The notes under the pieces were generated by a model that was given only the letters and a program-made list of their open reading frames with translations, searched no databases and had not been told where the DNA came from. A program made the translations under genes and the position numbers. A stretch of DNA of 64,000 nt. Origin: the human T2T-CHM13v2.0 reference genome, Homo sapiens. How positions within the stretch are numbered: position 1 is the stretch's first letter; each line of letters begins with the position of its first letter. Shown in pieces: positions 24,801 through 39,800 of the stretch. The stretch lies in assembly GCF_009914755.1 (NCBI RefSeq), contig NC_060946.1, one strand, 5' to 3'.

Positions 24801-27800
24801 ATTCAACAAAAAGTGTTTTTCAGAACTGCTCTATCAAAAGAAAGATCCACGTCTCTTAGCTGAGTTCACACATCACAAACAAGTTTATGAGAATGCTTCT
24901 GTCTAGTTTTTATTTGAAGATATTTCCTTTCTCACCATAGACCGGAAAGCTGTCCTAATGTTCACTTCCAGATACTACAGAAAGAGTGTTTCAAAACTGC
25001 TGTACGAAAGGGAATGTTCAACTCTGTGACTTGAATGCACACATCACAAAGATGTTTCTGAGGATGCTGCTGTCTACTTTTTATACGTAATCCCGTTTCC
25101 AACGAAATCCTCCAAGCTATCCAAATATCCACTTGCAGATTCCACAGAAAGACTGTTTCAAAACTGCTCTGTCAATAGAAACGTTCAACTCTGTTAGCTG
25201 CGTGCATATATCCCAAAGAAGATTCTGAGATTGCTTCTGTCTACTTTTTATGAGAAGATATTTCCCTTTTCACCGTAGGCGTCAAGGCGCTCCAAATGTC
25301 CACTTCCAGATACTACAAAAAGAGTGTTTCAAACCTACTCTGTGAAAGGGAATATTGAACTCTGTGACTTGAATGCACATATCACAAAGAAGCTTCTGAG
25401 AATGCTTCTGTCGAGATTTTATATGAAGATATTGCCGTTTCCAACGAAATCCTGAAATCTATCCAAATATCCCCTCGCAGATTCTACAAAAAGAGTGTTT
25501 CAAAACTGCTCTGTAAAAAGAAAGGTTCAACTCTATTAGTTGAGTACACACATCACAAACAAGTTTCACAGAATGCTTCTTTCTAGCTTGTAGGGGAAGA
25601 TATTCCCTTTATCACCATGGGCCTCAAACCGTCCGAAACGTCCACTTCCATATACTACAAAAAGAGCGTTTCAAACCTGCTCTAGGAAAGGCAATGTTCA
25701 ACTCTGTGACTTGAATGCAGACATCACATAGCAGTTTCTGAGAATGCTTCTGTCTAGATTTTATAGGAAGATATTCCCGTTTCCAACGAAATCTTCACAG
25801 CTATCCAAATATCCACTTGCAGATTCTACAAAAAGAGTGTATCAAAACTGCTCTGTCAAAAGGAAGGTTCTTCTCTGTTAGTTGAGTACATACGTCATAA
25901 AGGAGTTTCTGAGAATGTTTCTGTCTAGTGGTTATGGGAAGATATTTGCTTTTTCACCTTAGGCCTCAGAGCGCTCAAAATATCCCCTTGCACATACTAC
26001 AAAAAGAGTGCTTCAAAGCTGCTCTCTGAAACGGAATGTTCAACTCTATGGGTTGAATGCAAACATCACAAAGACGTTTCCGAGAATGCTTCTGTCTAGA
26101 TTTGATATGACGATATTCCCGTTTCCAACGAAATCTTCAAATCTATCCAAATGTCCACTTGCAGATTCAACAAAACGTGTTTTTCAGAACTGCTCTATCA
26201 AAAGAAAGATCCACCTCTGTTAGCTGAGTTCACACATCACAAACAAGTTTATGAGAATGCTTCTGTCTAGTTTTTATTTGAAGATATTTCCTTTCTCACC
26301 ATAGACCTGAAAGCTGTCCTAATGTTCACTTCCAGATACTACAGAAAGAGTGTTTCAAAACTGCTGTACGAAAGGGAATGTTCAACTCTGTGACTTGAAT
26401 GCACACATCACAAAGAAGTTTCTGAGGATGCTGCTGTCTACTTTTTATACGTAATCCCGTTTCCAACGAAATCCTCTAATCTATCCAAATATCCACTTGC
26501 GGATTCCACAGAAAGACTGTTTCAAAACTGCTCTGTCAATAGAAAGGTTCAACTCTGTTAGCTGCGTGCATATATCCCAAAGAAGATTCTGAGATTGCTT
26601 CTGTCTAGTTTTTATGGGAAGATATTTCCCTTTTCACCGTAGGTGTCAAGGCGCTCCAAATGTCCACTTCCAGATACTATAAAAAGAGTGTTTCAAACCT
26701 ACTCTGTGAAAGGGAATATTCAACTCTGTGACTTGAATGCAGATATCACAAAGAAGTTTCTGAGAATGCTTCTGTCGAGATTTTATATGAAGATATTCCC
26801 GTTTCCAACGAAATCCTGAAATCTATCCAAATATCCCCTCGCAGATTCTACAAAAATAGTGTTTCAAAACTACTCTGTAAAAAGAAAGGTTCAACTCTGT
26901 TAGTTGAGTACACACATCACAAACAAGTTTCACAGAATGCTTCTTTCTAGCTTGTAGGGGAAGATATTCCCTTTATCACCATGGGCCTCAAACCGTCCGA
27001 AACATCCACTTCCATATACTACAAAAAGAGCGTTTCAAACCTGCTCTATGAAAGGCAATGTTCAACTCTGTGACTTGAATGCAGACATCACAGAGCAGTT
27101 TCTGAGAATGCTTCTGTCTAGATTTTATAGGAAGATATTCCCGTTTCCATCGAAATCTTCACAGCTATCCAAATATCCACTTGCAGATTCTACAAAAAGA
27201 GTGTATCAAAACTGCTCTTTCAAAAGGAAGGTTCTTCTCTGTTAGTTGAGTACATACGTCATAAAGGAGTTTCTGAGAATGTTTCTGTCTAGTGGTTATG
27301 GGAAGATATTTGCTTTATCACCTTAGGCCTCAGAGCGCTCCAAATATCCCCTTGCACATACTACAAAAAGAGTGCTTCAAAGCTGCTCTCTGAAACGGAA
27401 TGTTCAACTCTATGAGTTGAATGCAAACATGACAAAGACGTTTCCGAGAATGCTTCTGTCTAGATTTGATATGACGATATTCCCGTTTCCAAAGAAATCT
27501 TCAAATCTATCCAAATGTCCACTTGCAGATTCAACAAAACGTGTTTTTCAGAACTGCTCTATCAAAAGAAAGATCCACCTCTGTTAGCTGAGTTCACACA
27601 TCACAAACAAGTTTATGAGAATGCTTCTGTCTAGTTTTTATTTGAAGATATTTCCTTTCTCACCATAGACCTGAAAGCTGTCCTAATGTTCACTTCCAGA
27701 TACTACAGAAAGAGTGTTTCAAAACTGCTGTACGAAAGGGAATGTTCAACTCTGTGACTTGAATGCACAAATCACAAAGAAGTTTCTGAGGATGCTGCTG

Positions 27801-30800
27801 TCTACTTTTTATACGTAATCCCGTTTCCAACGAAATCCTCCAAGCTATCCAAATATCCACTTGCAGATTCCACAGAAAGACTGTTTCAAAACTGCTCTGT
27901 CAATAGAAAGGTTCAACTCTGTTAGCTGCGTGCATATATCCCAAAGAAGATTCTGAGATTGCTTCTGTCTACTTTTTATGAGAAGATATTTCCCTTTTCA
28001 CCGTAGGCGTCAAGGCGCTCCAAATGTCCACTTCCAGATACTACAAAAAGAGTGTTTCAAACCTACTCTGTGAAAGGGAATATTCAACTCTGTGACTTGA
28101 ATGCACATATCACAAAGAAGTTTCTGAGAATGCTTTTGTTGAGATTTTATATGAAGATATTCCCGTTTCCAACGAAATCCTGAAATCTATCCAAATATCC
28201 CCTCGCAGATTCTACAAAAAGAGTGTTTCAAAACTGCTCTGTAAAAAGAAAGGTTCAACTCTGTTAGTTGAGTACACACATCACAAACAAGTTTCACAGA
28301 ATGCTTCTTTCTAGCTTGTAGGGGAAGATATTCCCTTTATCACCATGGGCCTCAAACCGTCCAAAACGTCCACTTCCATATACTACAAAAAGAGCGTTTC
28401 AAACCTGCTCTAGGAAAGGCAATGTTCAACTCTGTGACTTGAATGCAGACATCACAGAGCAGTTTCTGAGAATGCTTCTGTCTAGATTTTATAGGAAGAT
28501 ATTCCCGTTTCCAACGAAATCTTCACAGCTATCCAAATATCCACTTGCAGATTCTACAAAAAGAGTGTATCAAAACTCCTCTGTCAAAAGGAAGGTTCTT
28601 CTCTGTTAGTTGAGTACATACGTCATAAAGGAGTTTCTGAGAATGTTTCTGTCCAGTGGTTATGGGAAGATATTTGCTTTTTCACCGCAGGCCTCACAGC
28701 GCTCCAAATATCCACTTGCACATACTACAAAAAGAGTGCTTCAAAGCTGCTCTCTGAAACGGAATGTTCAACTCTATGAGTTGAATGCAAACATCACAAA
28801 GACGTTTCTGAGAATGCTTCTGTCTAGATTTGATATGAAGATATTCCCGTTTCCAACGAAATCTTCAAATCTATCCAAATGTCCACTTGCAGATTCAACA
28901 AAAAGTGTTTTTCAGAACTGCTCTATCAAAAGAAAGATCCACCTCTGTAAGCTGAGTTCACACATCACAAACAAGTTTATGAGAATGCTTCTGTCTAGTT
29001 TTTATTTGAAGATATTTCCTTTCTCACCATAGACCTGAAAGCTGTCCTAATGTTCACTTCCAGATACTACAGAAAGAGTGTTTCAAAACTGCTGTACGAA
29101 AGGGAATGTTCAACTCTGTGACTTGAATGCACACATCCCAAAGAAGTTTCTGAGGATGCTGCTGTCTACTTTTTATACGTAATCCCGTTTCCAACGAAAT
29201 CCTCCAAGCTATCCAAATATCCACTTGCAGATTCCACAGAAAGACTGTTTCAATACTGCTCTGTCAATAGAAAGGTTCAACTCTGTTAGCTGCGTGCATA
29301 TATCCCAAAGAAGATTCTGAGATTGCTTGTGTCTACTTTTTATGAGAAGATATTTCCCTTTTCACCGTAGGCGTCAAGGCGCTCCAAATGTCCACTTCCA
29401 GATACTACAAAAAGAGTGTTTCAAACCTACTCTGTGAAAGGGAATATTCAACTCTGTGACTTGAATGCAGATATCACAAAGAAGTTTCTGAGAATGCTTC
29501 TGTCGAGATTTTATGTGAAGATACTCCCGTTTCCAACGAAATCCTGAAATCTATCCAAATATCCCCTCGCAGATTCTACAAAAAGAGTGTTTCAAAACTG
29601 CTCTGTAAAAAGAAAGGTTCAACTCTGTTAGTTGAGTACACACATCACAAACAAGTTTCACAGAATGCTTCTTTCTAGCTTGTAGGGGAAGATATTCCCT
29701 TTATCACCATGGGCCTCAAACCATCCGAAACGTCCACTTCCATATACTACAAGAAGAGCGTTTCAAACCTGCTCTAGGAAAGGGAATGTTCAACTCTGTG
29801 ACTTGAATGCAGACATCACAGAGCAGTTTCTGAGAATGCTTCTGTCTAGATTTTATAGGAAGATATTCCCGTTTCCAACGAAATCTTCACAGCTATCCAA
29901 ATATCCACTTGCAGATTCTACAAAAAGAGTGTATCAAAACTGCTCTGTCAAAAGGAAGGTTCTTCTCTGTTAGGTGAGTGCATACGTCATAAAGGAGTTT
30001 CTGAGAATGTTTCTGTCTAGTGGTTATGGGAAGATATTTGCTTTTTCACCGCAGGCCTCACAGCGCTCCAAATATCCACTTGCACATACTACAAAAAGAG
30101 TGCTTCAAAGCTGCTCTCTGAAACGGAATGTTCAACTCTATGGGTTGAATGCAAACATCACAAAGACGTTTCTGAGAATGCTTCTCTCTAGATTTGATAT
30201 GAAGATATTCCCGTTTCCAAAGAAATCTTCAAATCTATCCAAATGTCCACTTGCAGATTCAACAAAAAGTGTTTTTCAGAACTGCTCTATCAAAAGAAAG
30301 ATCCACGTCTCTTAGCTGAGTTCACACATCACAAACAAGTTTATGAGAATGCTTCTGTCTAGTTTTTATTTGAAGATATTTCCTTTCTCACCATAGACCG
30401 GAAAGCTGTCCTAATGTTCACTTCCAGATACTACAGAAAGAGTGTTTCAAAACTGCTGTACGAAAGGGAATGTTCAACTCTGTGACTTGAATGCACACAT
30501 CACAAAGATGTTTCTGAGGATGCTGCTGTCTACTTTTTATACGTAATCCCGTTTCCAACGAAATCCTCCAAGCTATCCAAATATCCACTTGCAGATTCCA
30601 CAGAAAGACTGTTTCAAAACTGCTCTGTCAATAGAAACGTTGAACTCTGTTAGCTGCGTGCATATATCCCAAAGAAGATTCTGAGATTGCTTCTGTCTAC
30701 TTTTTATGAGAAGATATTTCCCTTTTCACCGTAGGCGTCAAGGCGCTCCAAATGTCCACTTCCAGATACTACAAAAAGAGTGTTTCAAACCTACTCTGTG

Positions 30801-33800
30801 AAAGGGAATATTGAACTCTGTGACTTGAATGCACATATCACAAAGAAGCTTCTGAGAATGCTTCTGTCGAGATTTTACATGAAGATATTGCCGTTTCCAA
30901 CGAAATCCTGAAATCTATCCAAATATCCCCTCGCAGATTCTACAAAAAGAGTGTTTCAAAACTGCTCTGTAAAAAGAAAGGTTCAACTCTATTAGTTGAG
31001 TACACACATCACAAACAAGTTTCACAGAATGCTTCTTTCTAGCTTGTAGGGGAAGATATTCCCTTTATCACCATGGGCCTCAAACCGTCCGAAACGTCCA
31101 CTTCCATATACTACAAAAAGAGCGTTTCAAACCTGCTCTAGGAAAGGCAATGTTCAACTCTGTGACTTGAATGCAGACATCACATAGCAGTTTCTGAGAA
31201 TGCTTCTGTCTAGATTTTATAGGAAGATATTCCCGTTTCCAACGAAATCTTCACAGCTATCCAAATATCCACTTGCAGATTCTACAAAAAGAGTGTATCA
31301 AAACTGCTCTGTCAAAAGGAAGGTTCTTCTCTGTTAGTTGAGTACATACGTCATAAAGGAGTTTCTGAGAATGTTTCTGTCTAGTGGTTATGGGAAGATA
31401 TTTGCTTTTTCACCTTAGGCCTCAGAGCGCTCAAAATATCCCCTTGCACATACTACAAAAAGAGTGCTTCAAAGCTGCTCTCTGAAACGGAATGTTCAAC
31501 TCTATGGGTTGAATGCAAACATGACAAAGACGTTTCCAAGAATGCTTCTGTCTAGATTTGATATGACGATATTCCCGTTTCCAACGAAATCTTCAAATCT
31601 ATCCAAATGTCCACTTGCAGATTCAACAAAAAGTGTTTTTCAGAACTGCTCTATCAAAAGAAAGATCCACGTCTCTTAGCTGAGTTCACACATCACAAAC
31701 AAGTTTATGAGAATGCTTCTGTCTAGTTTTTATTTGAAGATATTTCCTTTCTCACCATAGACCTGAAAGCTGTCCTAATGTTCACTTCCAGATACTACAG
31801 AAAGAGTGTTTCAAAACTGCTGTACGAAAGGGAATGTTCAACTCTGTGACTTGAATGCACACATCACAAAGAAGTTTCTGAGGATGCTGCTGTCTACTTT
31901 TTATACGTAATCCCGTTTCCAACGAAATCCTCCAAGCTATCCAAATATCCACTTGCAGATTTAACAGAAAGACTGTTTCAAAACTGCTCTGTCAATAGAA
32001 AGGTTCAACTCTGTTAGCTGCGTACATATATCCCAAAGAAGATTCTGAGATTGCTTCTGTCTACTTTTTATGAGAAGATATTTCCCTTTTCACCGTAGGC
32101 GTCAAGGTGCTCCAAATGTCCACTTCCAGATACTACAAAAAGAGTGTTTCAAACCTACTCTGTGAAAGGGAATATTCAACTCTGTGACTTGAATGCACAT
32201 ATCACAAAGAAGCTTCTGAGAATGCTTCTGTCGAGATTTTATATGAAGATATTCCCGTTTCCAACGAAATCCTGAAATCTATCCAAATATCCCCTCACAG
32301 ATTCTACAAAAAGAGTGTTTCAAAACTGCTCTGTAAAAAGAAAGGTTCAACTCTGTTAGTTGAGTACACACATCACAAACAAGTTTCACAGAATGCTTCT
32401 TTCTAGCTTGTAGGGGAAGATATTCCCTTTATCACCATGGGCCTCAAACCGTCCGAAACGTCCACTTCCATATACTACAAAAAGAGCGTTTCAAACCTGC
32501 TCTAGGAAAGGCAATGTTCAACTCTGTGACTTGAATGCAGACATCACAGAGCAGTTTCTGAGAATGCTTCTGTCTAGATTTTATAGGAAGATATTCCCGT
32601 TTCCAACGAAATCTTCACAGCTATCCAAATATCCACTTGCAGATTCTACAAAAAGAGTGTATCAAACTGCTCAGTCAAAAGGAAGGTTCTTCTCTGTTAG
32701 GTGAGTGCATACGTCATAAAGGAGTTTCTGAGAATGTTTCTGTCTAGTGGTTATGGGAAGATATTTGCTTTTTCACCGTAGGCCTCAGAGCGCTCCAAAT
32801 ATCCACTTGCACATACTACAAAAAGAGTGCCTCAAAGCTGCTCTCTGAAACGGAATGTTCAACTCTATGATTTGAATGCCAACATCACAAAGACGTTTCT
32901 GAGAATGCTTCTGTCTAGACTTGATATGAAGATATTCCCGTTTCCAACGAAATCTTCAAATCTATTCAAATGTCCACTTGCAGATTCAACAAAAAGTGTT
33001 TTTCAGAACTGCTCTATCAAAAGAAAGATCCACCTCTGTTAGCTGAGTTCACACATCACAAACAAGTTTATGAGAATGCTTCTGTCTAGTTTTTATTTGA
33101 AGATATTTCCTTTGTCACCATAGACCTGAAAGCTGTCCTAATGTTCACTTCCAGATACTACAGAAAGAGTGTTTCAAAACTGCTGTACGAAAGGGAATGT
33201 TCAACTCTGTGACTTGAATGCACACATCACAAAGAAGTTTCTGAGGATGCTGCTGTCTACTTTTTATACGTAATCCCGTTTCCAACGAAATACTCCAAGC
33301 TATCCAAATATCCACTTGCAGATTCCACAGAAAGACTGTTTCAAAACTACTCTGTCAATAGAAAGGTTCAACTCTGTTAGCTGCGTGCATATATCCCAAA
33401 GAAGATTCTGAGATTGCTTCTGTCTAGTTGTTATGGTAAGATATTTCCCTTTTCACCGTAGGTGTCAAGGCGCTCCAAATGTCCACTTCCAGATACTACA
33501 AAAAGAGTGTTTCAAACCTACTCTGTGAAAGGGAATATTCAACTCTGTGACTTGAATGCAGATATCACAAAGAAGTTTCTGAGAATGCTTCTGTCGAGAT
33601 TTTATATGAAGATATTTCCGTTTCCAATGAAATCCTGAAATCTATCCAAATATCCCCTCGCAGATTCTACAAAAAGAGTGTTTCAAAACTGCTCTGTAAA
33701 AAGAAAGGTTCAACTCTGTTAGTTGAGTACACACATCACAAACAAGTTTCACAGAATGCTTCTTTCTAGCTTGCAGGGGAAGATATTCCCTTTATCACCA

Positions 33801-36800
33801 TGGGCCTCAAACCGTCCGAAACGTCTACTTCCATATACTACAAAAAGAGCGTTTCAAACCTGCTCTATGAAAGGCAATGTTCAACTCTGTGACTTGAATG
33901 CAGACATCACAGATCAGTTTCTGAGAATGCTTCTGTCTAGATTTTATAGGAAGATATCCCCGTTTCCAACGAAATCTTCACAGCTATCCAAATATGCACT
34001 TGCAGATTCTACAAAAAGAGTGTATCAAAACTGCTCTGTCAAAAAGAAGGTTCTTCTCTGTTAGTTGAGTACATACGTCATAAAGGAGTTTCTGAGAATG
34101 TTTCTGTCTAGTGGTTATGGGAAGATATTTGCTTTTTCACCTTAGGCCTCAGAGCGCTCCAAATATCCCCTTGCACATACTACAAAAAGAGTGCTTCAAA
34201 GCTGCTCTCTGAAAGGGAATGTTCAACTCTATGAGTTGAATGCAAACAACACAAAGACGTTTCTGAGAATGCTTCTGTCTAGATTTGATATGAAGATATT
34301 CCCGTTTCCAACGAAATCTTCATATCTATCCAAATGTCCACTTGCAGATTCAACAAAAAGTGTTTTTCAAAACTGCTGTATCAAAAGAAAGATCCACGTC
34401 TGTTAGCTGAGTTCACACATCACAAACAAGTTTATGAGAATGCTTCTGTCTAGTTTTTATTTGAAGATATTTCCTTTCTCAAAATAGACCTGAAAGCTGT
34501 CCTAATGTTCACTTCCAGATACTACAGAAAGAGTGTTTCAAAACTGCTGTACGAAAGGGAATGTTCAACTCTGTGACTTGAATGCACACATCACAAAGAA
34601 GTTTCTGAGGATGCTGCTGTCTACTTTTTATACGTAATCCCGTTTCCAACGAAATCCTCCAAGCTATCCAAATATCCACTTGCAGATTCCACAGAAAGAC
34701 TGTTTAAAAACTGCTCTGTCAATAGAAAGGTTCAACTCTGTTAGCTGCGTGCATATATCCCAAAGAAGATTCTGAGATTGCTTCTGTCTACTTTTTATGA
34801 GAAGATATTTCCCTTTTCACCGTAGGCGTCAAGGCGCTCCAAATGTCCACTTCCAGATACTACAAAAAGAGTGTTTCAAACCTACTCTGTGAAAGGGAAT
34901 ATTCAACTCTGTGACTTGAATGCACATATCACAAAGAAGTTTCTGAGAATGCTTCTGTCGAGATTTTATATGAAGATATTCCCGTTTCCAACGAAATCCT
35001 GAAATCTATCCAAATATCTCCTCGCAGATTCTACAAAAAGAGTGTTTCAAAACTGCTCTGTAAAAAGAAAGGTTCAACTCTGTTAGTTGAGTACACACAT
35101 CACAAACAAGTTTCACAGAATGCTTCTTTCTAGCTTGTAGGGGAAGATATTCCCTTTATCACCATGGGCCTCAAACCGTCTGAAACGTCCACTTCCATAT
35201 ACTACAAAAAGAGCGTTTCAAACCTGCTCCATGAAAGGCAATGTTCAACTCTGTGACTTGAATGCAGACATCACAGAGCAGTTTCTGAGAATGCTTCTGT
35301 CTAGATTTTATAGGAAGATATTCCCGTTTCCATCGAAATCTTCACAGCTATCCAAATATCCACTTGCAGATTCTACAAAAAGAGTGTATCAAAAGTGCTC
35401 TGTCAAAAGGAAGGTTCTTCTCTGTTAGGTGAGTGCATACGTCATAAAGGAGTTTCTGAGAATGTTTCTGTCTAGTGGTTATGAGAAGATATCTGCTTTT
35501 TCACCGTAGGCCTCACAGCGCTCCAAATATCCACTTGCACATACTAGAAAAAGAGTGCTTCAAAGCTGCTCTCTGAAACGGAATGTTCAACTCTATGAGT
35601 TGAATGCAAACATCACAAAGACGTTTCCGAGAATGCTTCTGTCTAGATTTGATATGAAGATATTCCCGTTTCCAACGAAATCTTCAAATCTATCCAAATG
35701 TCCACTTGCAGATTCAACAAAAAGTGTTTTTCAGAACTGCTCTATCAAAAGAAAGATCCACCTCTGTTAGCTGAGTTCACACATCACAAACAAGTTTATG
35801 AGAATGCTTCTGTCTAGTTTTTATTTGAAGATATTTCCTTTCTCACCATAGACCTGAAAGCTGTCCTAATGTTCACTTCCAGATACTACAGAAAGAGTGT
35901 TTCAAAACTGCTGTACGAAAGGGAATGTTCAACTCTGTGACTTGAATGCACACATCACAAAGAAGTTTCTGAGGATGCTGCTGTCTACTTTTTATACGTA
36001 ATCCCGTTTCCAACGAAATCCTCCAAGCTATCCAAATATCCACTTGCAGATTCCACAGAAAGACTGTTTAAAAACTGCTCTGTCAATAGAAAGGTTCAAC
36101 TCTGTTAGCTGCGTGCATATATCCCAAAGAAGATTCTGAGATTGCTTCTGTCTACTTTTTATGAGAAGATATTTCCCTTTTCACCGTAGGCGTCAAGGCG
36201 CTCCAAATGTCCACTTCCAGATACTACAAAAAGAGTGTTTCAAACCTACTCTGTGAAAGGGAATATTCAACTCTGTGACTTGAATGCACATATCACAAAG
36301 AAGCTTCTGAGAATGCTTCTGTCGAGATTTTATATGAAGATATTCCCGTTTCCAACGAAATCCTGAAATCTATCCAAATATCCCCTCGCAGATTCTACAA
36401 AAAGTGTGTTTCAAAACTGCTCTGTAAAAAGAAAGGTTCAACTCTGTTAGTTGAGTACACACATCACAAACAAGTTTCACAGAATGCTTCTTTCTAGCTT
36501 GTAGGGGAAGATATTCCCTTTATCACCATGGGCCTCAAACCGTCCGAAACGTCCACTTCCATATACTACAAAAAGAGCGTTTCAAACCTGCTCTAGGAAA
36601 GGCAATGTTCAACTCTGTGACTTGAATGCAGACATCACAGAGCAGTTTCTGAGAATGCTTCTGTCTAGATTTTATAGGAAGATATTCCCGTTTCCAACGA
36701 AATCTTCACAGCTATCCAAATATCCACTTGCAGATTCTACAAAAAGAGTGTATCAAAAGTGCTCTGTCAAAAGGAAGGTTCTTCTCTGTTAGGTGAGTGC

Positions 36801-39800
36801 ATACGTCATAAAGGAGTTTCTGAGAATGTTTCTGTCTAGTGGTTATGGGAAGATATTTGCTTTTTCACCGTAGGCCTCAGAGCGCTCCAAATATCCACTT
36901 GCACATACTACAAAAAGAGTGCCTCAAAGCTGCTCTCTGAAAGGGAATGTTCAACTCTATGAGTTGAATGCAAACATCACAAAGACGTTTCTGAGAATGC
37001 TTCTGTCTAGATTTGATATGAAGATATTCCCGTTTCCAACGAAATCTTCAAATCTATCCAAATGTCCACTTGCAGATTCAACAAAAAGTGTTTTTCAAAA
37101 CTGCTGTATCAAAAGAAAGATCCACGTCTGTTAGCTGAGTTCACACATCACAAACAAGTTTATGAGAATGCTTCTGTCTAGTTTTTATTTGAAGATATTT
37201 CCTTTCTCACCATAGACCTGAAAGCTGTCCTAATGTTCACTTCCAGATACTACAGAAAGAGTGTTTCAAAACTGCTGTACGAAAGGGAATGTTCAACTCT
37301 GTGACTTGAATGCACACATCACAAAGAAGTTTCTGAGGATGCTGCTGTCTACTTTTTATACGTAATCCCGTTTCCAACGAAATCCTCCAAGCTATCCAAA
37401 TATCCACTTGCAGATTCCACAGAAAGACTGTTTCAAAACTGCTCTGTCAATAGAAAGGTCCAACTCTGTTAGCTGCGTGCATATATCCCAAAGAAGATTC
37501 TGAGATTGCTTCTGTCTACTTTTTATGAGAAGATATTTTCCTTTTCACCGTAGGCGTCAGGGGGCTCCAAATGTCCACTTCCAGATACTACAAAAAGAGT
37601 GTTTCAAACCTACTCTGTGAAAGGGAATATTCAACTCTGTGACTTGAATGCACATATCACAAAGAAGTTTCTGAGAATGCTTCTGTCGAGATTTTCTATG
37701 AAGATATTCCCGTTTCCAACGAAATCCTGAAATCTATCCAAATATCCCCTCGCAGATTCTACAAAAAGAGTGTTTCAAAACTGCTCTGTAAAAAGAAAGG
37801 TTCAACTCTGTTACTTCAGTACACACATCACAAACAAGTTTCACAGAATGCTTCTTTCTAGCTTGTAGGGGAAGATATTCCCTTTATCACCATGGGCCTC
37901 AAACCGTCCGAAACGTCCACTTCCATATACTACAAAAAGAGCGTTTCAAACCTGCTAAATGAAAGGCAATGTTCAACTCTGTGACTTGAATGCAGACATC
38001 ACAGAGCAGTTTCTGAGAATGCTTCTGTCTAGATTTTATAGGAAGATATTCCCGTTTCCAACGAAATCTTCACAGCTATCCAAATATCCACTTGCAGATT
38101 CTACAAAAAGAGTGTATCAAAAGTGCTCTGTCAAAAGGAAGGTTCTTCTCTGTTAGGTGAGTGCATACGTCATAAAGGAGTTTCTGAGAATGTTTCTGTC
38201 TAGTGGTTATGGGAAGATATTTGCTTTTTCACCGTAGGACTCAGAGCGCTCCAAATATCCACTTGCACATACTACAAAAAGAGTGCTTCAAAGCTGCTCT
38301 CTGAAACGGAATGTTCAACTCTATGAGTTGAATGCAAACATCACAAAGACGTTTCCGCGAATGCTTCTGTCTAGATTTGATATGAAGATATTCCCGTTTC
38401 CTACGAAATCTTCAAATCTATCCAAATGTCCACTTGCAGATTCAACAAAAAGTGTTTTTCAGAACTGCTCTATCAAAAGAAAGATCCAGGTCTCTTAGCT
38501 GAGTTCACACATCATAAACAAGTTTATGAGAATGCTTCTGTCTAGTTTTTATTTGAAGATATTTCCTTTCTCTCCATAGACCTGAAAGCTGTCCTAATGT
38601 TCACTTCCAGATACTACAGAAAGAGTGTTTCAAAACTGCTGTACGAAAGGGAATGTTCAACTCTGTGACTTGAATGCACACATCACAAAGAAGTTTCTGA
38701 GGATGCTGCTGTCTACTTTTTATACGTAATCCCGTTTCCAACGAAATCCTCCAAGCTATCCAAATATCCACTTGCAGATTCCACAGAAAGACTGTTTCAA
38801 AACTGCTCTGTCAATAGAAAGGTTCAACTCTGTTAGCTGCGTACATATATCCCAAAGAAGATTCTGAGATTGCTTCTGTCTACTTTTTATGAGAAGATAT
38901 TTCCCTTTTCACCGTAGGCGTCAAGGCGCTCCAAATGTCCACTTCCAGATACTACAAAAAGAGTGTTTCAAACCTACTCTGTGAAAGGGAATATTCAACT
39001 CTGTGACTTGAATGCACATATCACAAAGAAGCTTCTGAGAATGCTTCTGTCGAGATTTTATATGAAGATATTCCCGTTTCCAACGAAATCCTGAAATCTA
39101 TCCAAATATCCCCTCGCAGATTCTACAAAAAGAGTGTTTCAAAACTGCTCTGTAAAAAGAAAGGTTCAACTCTGTTAGTTGAGTACACACATCACAAACA
39201 AGTTTCACAGAATGCTTCTTTCTAGCTTGTAGGGGAAGATATTCACTTTATCACCATGGGCCTCAAACCGTCCGAAACGTCCACTTCCATATACTACAAA
39301 AAGAGCGTTTCAAACCTGTTCTAGGAAAGGCAATGTTCAACTCTGTGACTTGAATGCAGACATCACAGAGCAGTTTCTGAGAATGCTTCTGTCTAGATTT
39401 TATAGGAAGATATTCCCGTTTCCAACGAAATCTTCACAGCTATCCAAATATCCACTTGCAGATTCTACAAAAAGAGTGTATCAAAACTGCTCTGTCAAAA
39501 GGAAGGTTCTTCTCTGTTAGTTGAGTACATACGTCATAAAGGAGTTTCTGAGAATGTTTCTGTCTAGTGGTTATGGGAAGATATTTGCTTTTTCACCTTA
39601 GGCCTCAGAGCGCTCAAAATATCCCCTTGCACATACTACAAAAAGAGTGCTTCAAAGCTGCTCTCTGAAACGGAATGTTCAACTCTATGGGTTGAATGCA
39701 AACATCACAAAGACGTTTCTGAGAATGCTTCTGTCTAGATTTGATATGAAGATATTCCCGATTCCAAAGAAATCTTCAAATCTATCCAAATGTCCACTTG

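Noticed and set aside
23154-29032. Longer ORFs of 140 aa (23154, 28610) and 113 aa (24518, 29974, 33723, 41907)
   Set aside because: They arise from stop-removing SNVs (tag to cag or aag) in duplicated blocks, and the 57-aa internal repeats simply reflect 171 = 3 x 57.
34700-36075. Shared tgtttAaaaa variant in two adjacent units as evidence of another duplication
   Set aside because: Only one rare marker is shared and the flanking variants disagree, which is too weak to call.
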